Shown: piece by piece, positions 55,197-62,445 of the stretch
Position numbering within the stretch: the stretch's first letter is position 1
Layout: each line of letters begins with the position of its first letter
Sequence record: PX393109.1
Strand: one strand, 5' to 3'
DNA: 64,000 nucleotides
Source: a phage
The notes under the pieces: generated by a model
The model's input: the letters and a program-made list of their open reading frames with translations, nothing else
What the model was told of the DNA's origin: nothing
Databases searched by the model: none
Program-made: the position numbers and the translations under genes

Positions 55197-55436
55197 ATGG
55201 AACAACCTATCCAAGCAGTAACTAATGCGGTTGGGAGCATGCAGATCGTGGGTTATGATACCTATGAGCAAGTAGCTCAATCAGTTAAACTCGATCCTCG
55301 CAAGAAGCGTCGTGGTCATCGTCGAGCAGCTAAGAGTCTGCTTAGTAATGGTGGGGTCTTCAATAACTACTCTGCACCAGGAACTACATTCTGGTGGGTC
55401 GCACAATGGCATCTTAAGAAGGCACGTAATGGCTGA
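55197..55436 (+). CDS. hypothetical protein (79 aa)
   Basis: ATG after TGGGAGTAATT. Confidence 0.45.
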   Translation: MEQPIQAVTNAVGSMQIVGYDTYEQVAQSVKLDPRKKRRGHRRAAKSLLSNGGVFNNYSAPGTTFWWVAQWHLKKARNG

Positions 55437-55782
55437 AGATACTGGGATTCATGACGGACGCTGGGAAGATCGATATAACTCAGTACGACAGGAATTAGAC
55501 ACTACTAAGGCTAATCTGAGTAAGGCTAGAGTAGAGAATGCTGAAAACCGAGCTATGCATCATCGTATTATTCAGATGGCTATTGATGATGGCTGGACTG
55601 GTGATCATAATAGTAATGTTGAGGATGCAGTAAAATTCCTATCGGGTAGAGAGCGTAAAGTAACTACCCCTAAAATTCATTACACAGATCATATCACAAT
55701 AGGTAAGGCATCTCCAGTATATGATGCCGTTGAAGTAGATACATTATTAACCAGTCTAGGGTATACTGTGGATAAGGATTAA
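55429..55782 (+). CDS. hypothetical protein (117 aa)
   Basis: ATGGCTGA overlap start. Confidence 0.4.
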   Translation: MAEDTGIHDGRWEDRYNSVRQELDTTKANLSKARVENAENRAMHHRIIQMAIDDGWTGDHNSNVEDAVKFLSGRERKVTTPKIHYTDHITIGKASPVYDAVEVDTLLTSLGYTVDKD

Positions 55783-55784
55783 TT

Positions 55785-55820
55785 CCGCCGTTTCTTACCC
55801 TCGAAAGGCTGTTAAATTGT
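55785..55820 (+). promoter_or_regulatory. class A conserved promoter-like motif, copy 15
   Basis: CCGCCGTTTCTTACCCTCGAAAGGCTGTTAAATTGT. Confidence 0.6.
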
Positions 55821-55846
55821 TGCACCTCAACTGATAAGGATAACCG

Positions 55847-56560
55847 ATGTCTACTAAGATGATGCCACACCATCTGGCTCCGAATAAACTGTTTAACCGA
55901 TTCCTGTCATATCACGACTCCTACCACTGCGCAATTGACATCGAGACCGAGTATCTCGATTTTAAAGAGCCTGGGGTAGTTCTATCTGTAGGTATGGTGA
56001 CGGTTGGTCCTGATCACTACTCCCACGTCTACTTCACTATTGATCGAGAAGAGTCGCTGGCTCTGGGTATGAAGTCTGACCCTAACGTAGTTGAATGGCT
56101 CAACACTCTCCCGAAACCCGTCCGTGATGCTGCATATGCTAATCCAGTATCTGTTGACGAAGCTCTGGATATCATCGAAGAGTACGTAGCTAAGGTACTA
56201 CAGGATCCTGGTTGCCAGATGTTGAACTTCATCGGTAACGCACCAGAGTTCGACCAGGGATTCCTGGATTGGTACTTTAAGGCTAAAGGACGTAAGACCC
56301 CGTTCCTACACTGGATGAATCGAGATTACCGCACTCTGGCTAGTCTGCAGCTGATCTCATTCGATGATCGTCGCATGATTAAAGAAGAACTGAGTAGCCA
56401 GCACGAGTCTATGTCTGATCACCATGCATTGTTCGATGCGATGCTGGAAGCTAAGACTTGGGTTCGCACCATCAATCGTGTAAAAGAGTTACAGGATCTG
56501 GAGCACGAGGTGAATACCATGATTGCTATGCAGGGTAACTCTGTGGAAGATGGAGAGTAA
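55847..56560 (+). CDS. DEDDh 3'-5' exonuclease (DnaQ/RNase T-like)
   Basis: Exo I CAIDIETEY, and C-terminal H...D motif HHALFDAMLEA. Confidence 0.65.
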   Translation: MSTKMMPHHLAPNKLFNRFLSYHDSYHCAIDIETEYLDFKEPGVVLSVGMVTVGPDHYSHVYFTIDREESLALGMKSDPNVVEWLNTLPKPVRDAAYANPVSVDEALDIIEEYVAKVLQDPGCQMLNFIGNAPEFDQGFLDWYFKAKGRKTPFLHWMNRDYRTLASLQLISFDDRRMIKEELSSQHESMSDHHALFDAMLEAKTWVRTINRVKELQDLEHEVNTMIAMQGNSVEDGE

Positions 56561-56873
56561 GCTTTGTCGGGTGGTTAATATACGTACCAATCCTAACTAC
56601 GATTTATATGTTGGGAGAGGTACTATATTCGGGAATAAGTGGAGCCATAAAGATTTACCTAACGCTATTAACGTAGGTTCCCGAACATTAGCCATCGCGA
56701 AATACAGACTATGGTTCCACCAGCAAGTAAAAGATGGCCACATAAGCATCTCCTACTTACGGACTCTTAAGGGTAAGACTTTAGGGTGCTCCTGCTTACC
56801 GTTACCATGTCATGCTCAAGTTATAGCTGACTTCGTTAATTCATTACCTGACGAAGATTCCGCTCTTTCGTAG
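56550..56873 (+). CDS. hypothetical protein (107 aa), Cys-rich C-terminal region
   Basis: ATG overlapping upstream gene; LGCSCLPLPCHA motif; family not assignable with confidence. Confidence 0.4.
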   Translation: MESKLCRVVNIRTNPNYDLYVGRGTIFGNKWSHKDLPNAINVGSRTLAIAKYRLWFHQQVKDGHISISYLRTLKGKTLGCSCLPLPCHAQVIADFVNSLPDEDSALS

Positions 56874-56895
56874 CCTCCAAAGGCTGTTAAACTGT
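56860..56895 (+). promoter_or_regulatory. class A conserved promoter-like motif, copy 16
   Basis: CCGCTCTTTCGTAGCCTCCAAAGGCTGTTAAACTGT overlapping stop of upstream gene. Confidence 0.6.
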
Positions 56896-56911
56896 TGGAA
56901 AGGAAATCTCT

Positions 56912-57136
56912 ATGCAATCACGTCGTATTGGTTTGTTAAGCGGTATCGGTATGGTTCTGGCTGGATTAGGTCATATGTGGCCCACCCCAGCAGTGTCTGC
57001 TAAAGGCTATGACGGATTCCGTCGCGCCTGTACCAAGGTAAGCTGCCCTAAGACTACTACAGCATCTGCATTAAAGCGTGCGGCTAAGAAGGCTAAAGGC
57101 CGTAAGGTTAATAAGCAACGTCACAAGGGTAAATAA
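56912..57136 (+). CDS. small protein with N-terminal hydrophobic segment and basic tail (74 aa)
   Basis: GLLSGIGMVLAGLG hydrophobic; C-terminal KKAKGRKVNKQRHKGK. Confidence 0.4.
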   Translation: MQSRRIGLLSGIGMVLAGLGHMWPTPAVSAKGYDGFRRACTKVSCPKTTTASALKRAAKKAKGRKVNKQRHKGK

Positions 57137-57516
57137 TGTCTCATATGACCCGAGAAGAAATCGTATTGATGGTGGCTAAGGTGTGTCACGAAGCTAATCG
57201 TGCATACTGCCATTCTATCGGAGACTTCACCCAATTAAGCTGGGAAGCAACATCCGATGAAATAAAACAGTCGGCTATTGATGGAGCGTATAACTGCTTA
57301 CACAATAACCGTATCAGCCCAGAAGAGTCCCATGAATTCTGGGTTAAAACTAAAAAGGAGCAGGGCTGGAAGTATGGAGAAATCAAAGATCTCGCAGCTA
57401 AGACGCACCCGTGTATGGTTCCATATTCACGGTTGCCGGAAGAGCATCGAGTCAAAGATCACCTCTTCACCAGCATCTGCGCAGCATTCATTAAACAGTA
57501 CAAAAGGGCATCATGA
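57136..57516 (+). CDS. hypothetical protein (126 aa)
   Basis: ORF with ATGTCTCATATG start region. Confidence 0.4.
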   Translation: MSHMTREEIVLMVAKVCHEANRAYCHSIGDFTQLSWEATSDEIKQSAIDGAYNCLHNNRISPEESHEFWVKTKKEQGWKYGEIKDLAAKTHPCMVPYSRLPEEHRVKDHLFTSICAAFIKQYKRAS

Positions 57517-57983
57517 TGACCGTAGTTCAAGTAAAGAAAACTATTAACTGGGACGACTCTCTGGAGTTACCGAAATACGCTAAAGCTGGTGATGCTGGTC
57601 TTGATCTTCGTGCGATGATTAAGACTGACGAAATCGATAAAATCGCTGTAAATCCTGGCGAAACTATCCTGGTCCCTACCGGTCTAGCGATCAACATCGG
57701 CGATCCGAACATCGCTTCTGTGATTCTTCCCCGCAGCGGCCTCGGCCATAAAAATGGCATCGTACTGGGTAACTTGGTTGGTCTTATCGACTCCGGCTAT
57801 CAAGGAGAACTGATGGTGTCTGTGTGGAACCGTAGTAACGAATCTTTCGTTATTAACCACGGCGACCGTATCGCTCAAATGGTGTTTCTTCCCGTTATCC
57901 ATCCAGAGCTCCAGCTTGTGGATAAATTCTCTGATGTTTCTGAACGTGGCGACGGTGGGTTTGGCCATTCCGGGATTAAGTAA
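57513..57983 (+). CDS. dut: dUTP diphosphatase (trimeric dUTPase)
   Basis: Canonical dUTPase motifs [27 protein letters not shown], and C-terminal [10 protein letters not shown]. Confidence 0.85.
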   Translation: MMTVVQVKKTINWDDSLELPKYAKAGDAGLDLRAMIKTDEIDKIAVNPGETILVPTGLAINIGDPNIASVILPRSGLGHKNGIVLGNLVGLIDSGYQGELMVSVWNRSNESFVINHGDRIAQMVFLPVIHPELQLVDKFSDVSERGDGGFGHSGIK

Positions 57984-58065
57984 TCCTGGGGTAGTTAGAC
58001 TACGGTAATTACTATTGACCTCTTTGCGGAGAGGTCAATGTTATTCTACCATAGAACCGAGGAAT

Positions 58066-58269
58066 ATGATGGATATTGAGCAACTAACTAAGGATCTTAA
58101 TCGTAACCAGATTACGGTTATTCGTTCGGAGCACTTAGCTCCCAAGACTATGATCGTGTCTGATGATATCTGGGGCACATTCAAGAATAATAATAATAAT
58201 AATAATAATAATGCTACTGTAGAAGCTACAGATGAAGAATCTGTTAAGAACATGCTGGAGCATCCGTAA
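58066..58269 (+). CDS. hypothetical protein with poly-Asn tract (67 aa)
   Basis: ATG after CCGAGGAAT; contains (AAT)9 encoding N9. Confidence 0.4.
   Translation: MMDIEQLTKDLNRNQITVIRSEHLAPKTMIVSDDIWGTFKNNNNNNNNNATVEATDEESVKNMLEHP
58186..58212 (+). repeat. (AAT)9 trinucleotide microsatellite within coding sequence
   Basis: aataataataataataataataataat read directly. Confidence 0.9.
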
Positions 58270-58892
58270 TGATCCTTGGTAAATCTTATATTGAGCAGGC
58301 AATTACTCAAGGATTATGGACCTATCACAGTTATCTGGACAATCAGGAACCACGAATCGGACAGAATAGTGTAGATGTACGCTTAGCTCCGTTCTTCCTG
58401 GTTCCTCAAAAGATGCCTGATGGCCATGTAGTAGATCCCTATAAACCATGTACTCTTCCGGAGTATCGCGAGGTAGAGGCACTATACTACGATCTTAAAC
58501 CTGGGGAGTTCATCTTAGGCTCAGCATCTGAACGTATCGACTGTACTACCATGTTGCCTGAGAAGTGGTTCGAGCATTATGACCCACGATACCGTAACAG
58601 CACTGTAGACCGTGGTGTGGCATTCTGTCAGCATTACGACGGTCGCAGCACTATGGGTCGTCTGGGAATACTGAGCCATGTCAGTGCAGGTTTCGGGGAC
58701 TTTGGATTCAAGGGAGCATTTACTCTAGAGATTGTTAACCTAAGCCCTAACACTATCCGACTGCGTTCTAACATGCGCATCGGTCAGATTTACTTTACTG
58801 AGGTTGCTGGTGGTGGCTACGACCTTTACAAAGGTTACGACCAGACTGACTTTAAACCAGTCGCACCAATCATAGGTCGCGATCGTTTCTAA
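58269..58892 (+). CDS. dcd: dCTP deaminase-like (Dcd/dUTPase superfamily)
   Basis: NSVDVRLAPFF and GRSTMGRLGILSHVSAGFGDFGFKGAFTLEIVN colinear with E. coli Dcd (VDVRLG; GRSSLARLGLMVHVTA..DPGW.G...LEF.N) as I recall it. Confidence 0.65.
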   Translation: MILGKSYIEQAITQGLWTYHSYLDNQEPRIGQNSVDVRLAPFFLVPQKMPDGHVVDPYKPCTLPEYREVEALYYDLKPGEFILGSASERIDCTTMLPEKWFEHYDPRYRNSTVDRGVAFCQHYDGRSTMGRLGILSHVSAGFGDFGFKGAFTLEIVNLSPNTIRLRSNMRIGQIYFTEVAGGGYDLYKGYDQTDFKPVAPIIGRDRF

Positions 58893-58904
58893 TTAGGAGA
58901 AATT

Positions 58905-59282
58905 ATGTACAACGCATTCAACGGACCTCATCCAGAGGCTCTGCCGGTAATCGACGAAGCTAATCTGGTAAAGCGCTTCCGCGAGAGCTATGCTAGCCAG
59001 GTTGATTTAAAACAAATCATAGTTCTGGCATGTAATCAGCGTAAAGCTGCTATCCAGGATAAAATCGACCAGTTAAATAAGGCCAAAGTTCGTTTAATCG
59101 ACAGTCTGGCTGGTGAAGGTACTAAGTTGGGTGCGGCTGATATTAGCGACCAGGTCAGAGGCATGGTCGCAGATACCAATAATCTCCAATCGTTAATCAA
59201 AGAGATTGACGACTCGGTGAACATGGTATTCTCAGCTCTGGGTGGGCTACTGGAAGAGCCCACCACAGAGAAATCTCTGTAA
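58905..59282 (+). CDS. hypothetical protein (125 aa)
   Basis: ATG after TTAGGAGAAATT. Confidence 0.45.
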   Translation: MYNAFNGPHPEALPVIDEANLVKRFRESYASQVDLKQIIVLACNQRKAAIQDKIDQLNKAKVRLIDSLAGEGTKLGAADISDQVRGMVADTNNLQSLIKEIDDSVNMVFSALGGLLEEPTTEKSL

Positions 59283-59313
59283 TCCGTCACGGATGATTAA
59301 TTTGGAATGAACT

Positions 59314-59676
59314 ATGACTTCTGCCGATTGCGTAGCTATGGTCGTCTACTATGAGGCCAGGGGAGAGTCGGAACGTGGGCAGTTAGCTGTAGCCCACGTG
59401 GTACTCAACCGAGCGAAGAAATACGGTATAAGCCCATGTAAGGTAGTTAAAAACAGGAATACCTTTCCGTGGTACCGTCACATCTCTTACCAGAATATGA
59501 AAGATCCTAAATCTAAGGCATCTGCTATTCATATTGCGGCAAGAGTTAAATACAGTGAAGATCCCACATTCGGGGCTACTCACTTTCATAATGTAAAGGT
59601 TAGGCCTAACTGGAAGGGCTATAGAATGACAGCCAGAATAGGCGACCACAAGTTCTATAAGAAGGTAAAGAAATGA
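59314..59676 (+). CDS. cell-wall hydrolase, SleB/CwlJ-like (Hydrolase_2 family)
   Basis: AMVVYYEARGESERGQLAVAHVVLNR matches the SleB-type catalytic-domain start. Confidence 0.65.
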   Translation: MTSADCVAMVVYYEARGESERGQLAVAHVVLNRAKKYGISPCKVVKNRNTFPWYRHISYQNMKDPKSKASAIHIAARVKYSEDPTFGATHFHNVKVRPNWKGYRMTARIGDHKFYKKVKK

Positions 59677-60227
59677 CTTTGAGTAATATGGATATAGACA
59701 ACCTAATCGGTATGTTGGGAGGTACAGCAGTACTCGTTCTAACAGTCCGTCCTATCGACCAGGCTGAGAGCTATGATATAGTAGTCCGAGAGTCTAGCTT
59801 TGAATTCGAGCAAGCTCTTCGTCATGCTATGCACGATCTGACTATTACCAATAACGGTATTAAGCACCGTCTACTTAAAGTGTCGATAGGTATTAAATCG
59901 TCCGATGTATTCGCTAATCCTGATATCGTAAAGACCTGGGAAATCTGCGATAATCCACACACTCCTAAGATGAACGAAGCTATCGAGCGCGACCAGCAGT
60001 ATCAAGAAGTCGTTCATCAGGCGGTAGAGCTAGTATTTTTACTTAGCAACTGCCAGACTATTTATTCAGCGTATGAAGGCAAGGTCGATATGACTCAAGA
60101 GTCGGTTCGGGAGGCCGTTCGTGTATCTCTTTTCAATATCTTATCTGGTAAGTCAGAAACCAAGATGGATGCTGAAGTAGAGAAGGTAATTAAACCATTC
60201 CGGGAATTATTTGTACGGAGTATCTGA
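59673..60227 (+). CDS. hypothetical protein (184 aa)
   Basis: ATGA overlap start; N-terminal hydrophobic segment. Confidence 0.4.
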   Translation: MTLSNMDIDNLIGMLGGTAVLVLTVRPIDQAESYDIVVRESSFEFEQALRHAMHDLTITNNGIKHRLLKVSIGIKSSDVFANPDIVKTWEICDNPHTPKMNEAIERDQQYQEVVHQAVELVFLLSNCQTIYSAYEGKVDMTQESVREAVRVSLFNILSGKSETKMDAEVEKVIKPFRELFVRSI

Positions 60228-60469
60228 TGGACTTGATGAAATTAAACATCAAACTAGAGGGAGTGTGTAAGGCAGGGATAGTGAAGGTATGCTATAACTG
60301 TAAAGAGCACCCCACTCTACGTCTTGACGAGAATAACCACTTACATCTGGAGTGTCCTAACTGTAAATGGGACGACCATGAAGTGGTTACTGATTTAGAT
60401 ATGGAAGATGAAGCAGTTGCTGATCGTGAGCTGGGGCTTATGGTCGAGATGTGGAATCGTCATAACTAA
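60227..60469 (+). CDS. small zinc-ribbon protein (80 aa)
   Basis: CYNC...CPNC motifs. Confidence 0.4.
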   Translation: MDLMKLNIKLEGVCKAGIVKVCYNCKEHPTLRLDENNHLHLECPNCKWDDHEVVTDLDMEDEAVADRELGLMVEMWNRHN

Positions 60470-60480
60470 ATTAATCTACA

Positions 60481-60523
60481 CAAAAATGGGACTCACTCTA
60501 TCACGAGTGAGTCCCATTTATTT
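60481..60523. terminator. bidirectional rho-independent terminator at strand switch (GGGACTCACTC-TATCAC-GAGTGAGTCCC flanked by A-run and T-run)
   Basis: 11-bp perfect stem between convergent + and - gene blocks; aaaaat upstream, atttattt downstream. Confidence 0.75.
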
Positions 60524-60854
60524 AGTGCTTAAAGATGCCGATGATGGCGTCGTTAAACAATCCTACCAGTACACTAATAATTGCTAACGCACCACTCCAG
60601 AATTTAATCTTGTCATTTACTTCCTTAATCTCCTTCCTTAGATCATCCTGCTCATCTTCAAGGTCAGAAATCTTCTTAGACATGAAATTCTGTGCAACGA
60701 CTAGCTCACGGATATCCGCTAATATCTCCGTCTGCTTACGAGAAGACTCCATAAGTTGATCAAGGATTACTCCCTGAAACTTCTGGTTAGATTCAAGTCT
60801 CGCTAGCCTATCGAGTTGGTGTCCACCGAACTCAGACTCTTCCCTCTCGCGCAT
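60522..60854 (-). CDS. coiled-coil protein with C-terminal TM segment (110 aa)
   Basis: Charged helical region then hydrophobic ALAIISVLVGLF at C-terminus; last gene of the minus-strand block. Confidence 0.4.
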   Translation of the reverse strand: MREREESEFGGHQLDRLARLESNQKFQGVILDQLMESSRKQTEILADIRELVVAQNFMSKKISDLEDEQDDLRKEIKEVNDKIKFWSGALAIISVLVGLFNDAIIGIFKH

Positions 60855-60864
60855 ACAAGATTCC

Positions 60865-61074
60865 TCACTTCTGATTGCTCTCTAGGCAATCTATATAAGA
60901 TACCAATTTAGCTAATTCAGCGTTAGGAATCCTGATCCCGTCTTTTTCCGCTATCGCTGCTATCGGTGGACGGTCGCACCTTACCTTCGGCGTCTGCATC
61001 TGTACCGGTAGGCTGTTGCAGCTTACCAAACTTAGACTCCCAAGCACCAGTAGGGTCATTTTTAATTTCTTCAT
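60865..61074 (-). CDS. outer-membrane lipoprotein, o-spanin-like (Rz1-like)
   Basis: Signal peptide with lipobox LVSC and Pro-rich mature region; embedded/overlapping in a different frame with 60923..61153. Confidence 0.5.
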   Translation of the reverse strand: MKKLKMTLLVLGSLSLVSCNSLPVQMQTPKVRCDRPPIAAIAEKDGIRIPNAELAKLVSYIDCLESNQK

Positions 61075-61153
61075 CTTTCTTCTCCCGAGAGCGAGTCTGC
61101 ATAGCAGATACGAGTAGGGTAATAAGCTGAAGAATAAGAGTAAGAGCTTTCAT
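60923..61153 (-). CDS. small protein with N-terminal TM/signal segment (76 aa); possible spanin partner
   Basis: Strong RBS AAAAGGAG before ATG; MKALTLILQLITLLVSA hydrophobic N-terminus. Confidence 0.4.
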   Translation of the reverse strand: MKALTLILQLITLLVSAMQTRSREKKDEEIKNDPTGAWESKFGKLQQPTGTDADAEGKVRPSTDSSDSGKRRDQDS

Positions 61154-61156
61154 ACC

Positions 61157-61573
61157 TTACTCCTTTTTACCCTCTGGATTTTTGATCAGAGACTTACCGT
61201 AATCAAGGGCATCAATAGCCTGGGTAGCCTTACTCACTAGGTGCGGATCATCCTGAGTTTGGACTACGTCGGAAAGAACCTGCTTAGCTTTATCCATGGT
61301 CTGCACTTTCTGCTCATCCTGAGCGGCAGCTTTCTTATCTACCCTGGCAGCTGATTTAGGCAAGTTCAGAGCGACGAAGTTTAAGATGGACGATGCATAA
61401 CCGAGGTATTTCTTAATTACCCCAATGTATTCGTCGTCTTTAGTATTAGGAGTGATCTTAGCGATCTTCTCCAGAGCTTGCACCAGCACTGATGCGAAGC
61501 CGATGATGGCTAGTGCAAGAGCGATGTAATCATCGATCTTGGATCCATCAAGTACATCCAGGATATTGTCCAT
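61157..61573 (-). CDS. membrane protein, holin- or i-spanin-like (138 aa)
   Basis: N-proximal TM YIALALAIIGFASVLVQAL followed by helical charged domain; immediately downstream of endolysin gene. Confidence 0.45.
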   Translation of the reverse strand: MDNILDVLDGSKIDDYIALALAIIGFASVLVQALEKIAKITPNTKDDEYIGVIKKYLGYASSILNFVALNLPKSAARVDKKAAAQDEQKVQTMDKAKQVLSDVVQTQDDPHLVSKATQAIDALDYGKSLIKNPEGKKE

Positions 61574-61587
61574 TATTGATCACCATA

Positions 61588-62235
61588 TTAAAGAGTTAAA
61601 GTCTGATTTGCTCTGCGTAGTACAGGCAGTCGGTCAGGTACGGTCGCAGCAGACCCATTTATCTTCTGGGTTACTTTGGTGAATGCGTCCTGATCTGCTA
61701 ATTGATTTAATTTATTTTTATCCCAGAACCACCCTGCAGTAAGCATGATCGTTTCGAAATCCGTCTCTACTAACTCTGGATCTTCTACCAAACGGTCATC
61801 GCCAAAGATACTCAAAGAGGCCTCTCGATAGTTAGCTTTGCCAGTTAGATGCATAGCTCCACGGCCAATGTACTTATACCCATCTCCGCTAGCTGGAGTT
61901 CCGTTACCCATGCGATTAGCATACACCTGATTGGCTAACTTCTCAGGGTCGCGTATGTAAGCATTAGCATTAAGCTTACCAGGTTCACCGCGAAGAGTAA
62001 ATCTACTCGGCCACACAGCTACCAGACGAGACGCAGAGGTATAATACAGGGACTCCACAAACTTAGTGTAGTCCCGAGTTTCAAAGGCAGTCTGCGCCAT
62101 AAAATAGCGCAGACGACGATTGGTATTGATACCGTAACGCTCGATAGTAGTATTAATGGCGGGTAGCAGCTTTTCCAGCACTTCCGTTGAAGTTGTCGGG
62201 AGGAACTTCTTCAGCTGGTCAAGTGTAACGCTCAT
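61588..62235 (-). CDS. endolysin, glycoside hydrolase family 19-like (chitinase-class lysozyme)
   Basis: YFMAQTAFET, YKYIGRGAMHLTGKANY typical of phage GH19 endolysins. Confidence 0.7.
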   Translation of the reverse strand: MSVTLDQLKKFLPTTSTEVLEKLLPAINTTIERYGINTNRRLRYFMAQTAFETRDYTKFVESLYYTSASRLVAVWPSRFTLRGEPGKLNANAYIRDPEKLANQVYANRMGNGTPASGDGYKYIGRGAMHLTGKANYREASLSIFGDDRLVEDPELVETDFETIMLTAGWFWDKNKLNQLADQDAFTKVTQKINGSAATVPDRLPVLRRANQTLTL

Positions 62236-62259
62236 ATTATACCCCTACCTAGTTAAGGC

Positions 62260-62436
62260 TCACTTCTGAGCCTGTTTTCTCTGGAGAGCCACCTGTAGTG
62301 ACTCTATTTCGACCCATCCCTGGCCATCGAATCTCCATCTTTTACCCTGCAAAGACTGGAAGATTGAGTTTACCGGCGCTACTGCCGGTATTTCTGTTTC
62401 GAATCCAGTCTTGAACCATGGTTCGTTGCTAGACAT
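62260..62436 (-). CDS. hypothetical small protein (58 aa)
   Basis: Minus-strand ATG with GGAGTAAAC RBS between tail-fiber-like and endolysin genes; below track cutoff. Confidence 0.35.
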   Translation of the reverse strand: MSSNEPWFKTGFETEIPAVAPVNSIFQSLQGKRWRFDGQGWVEIESLQVALQRKQAQK

Positions 62437-62445
62437 GTTTACTCC

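Noticed and set aside
5075-56895. Possibility that the 16 repeated class A motifs represent a CRISPR array or dispersed mobile-element ends
   Set aside because: Copies are separated by whole genes of very different lengths rather than short regular spacers; no cas genes or transposase/integrase seen; strict positioning upstream of start codons fits regulatory signals.
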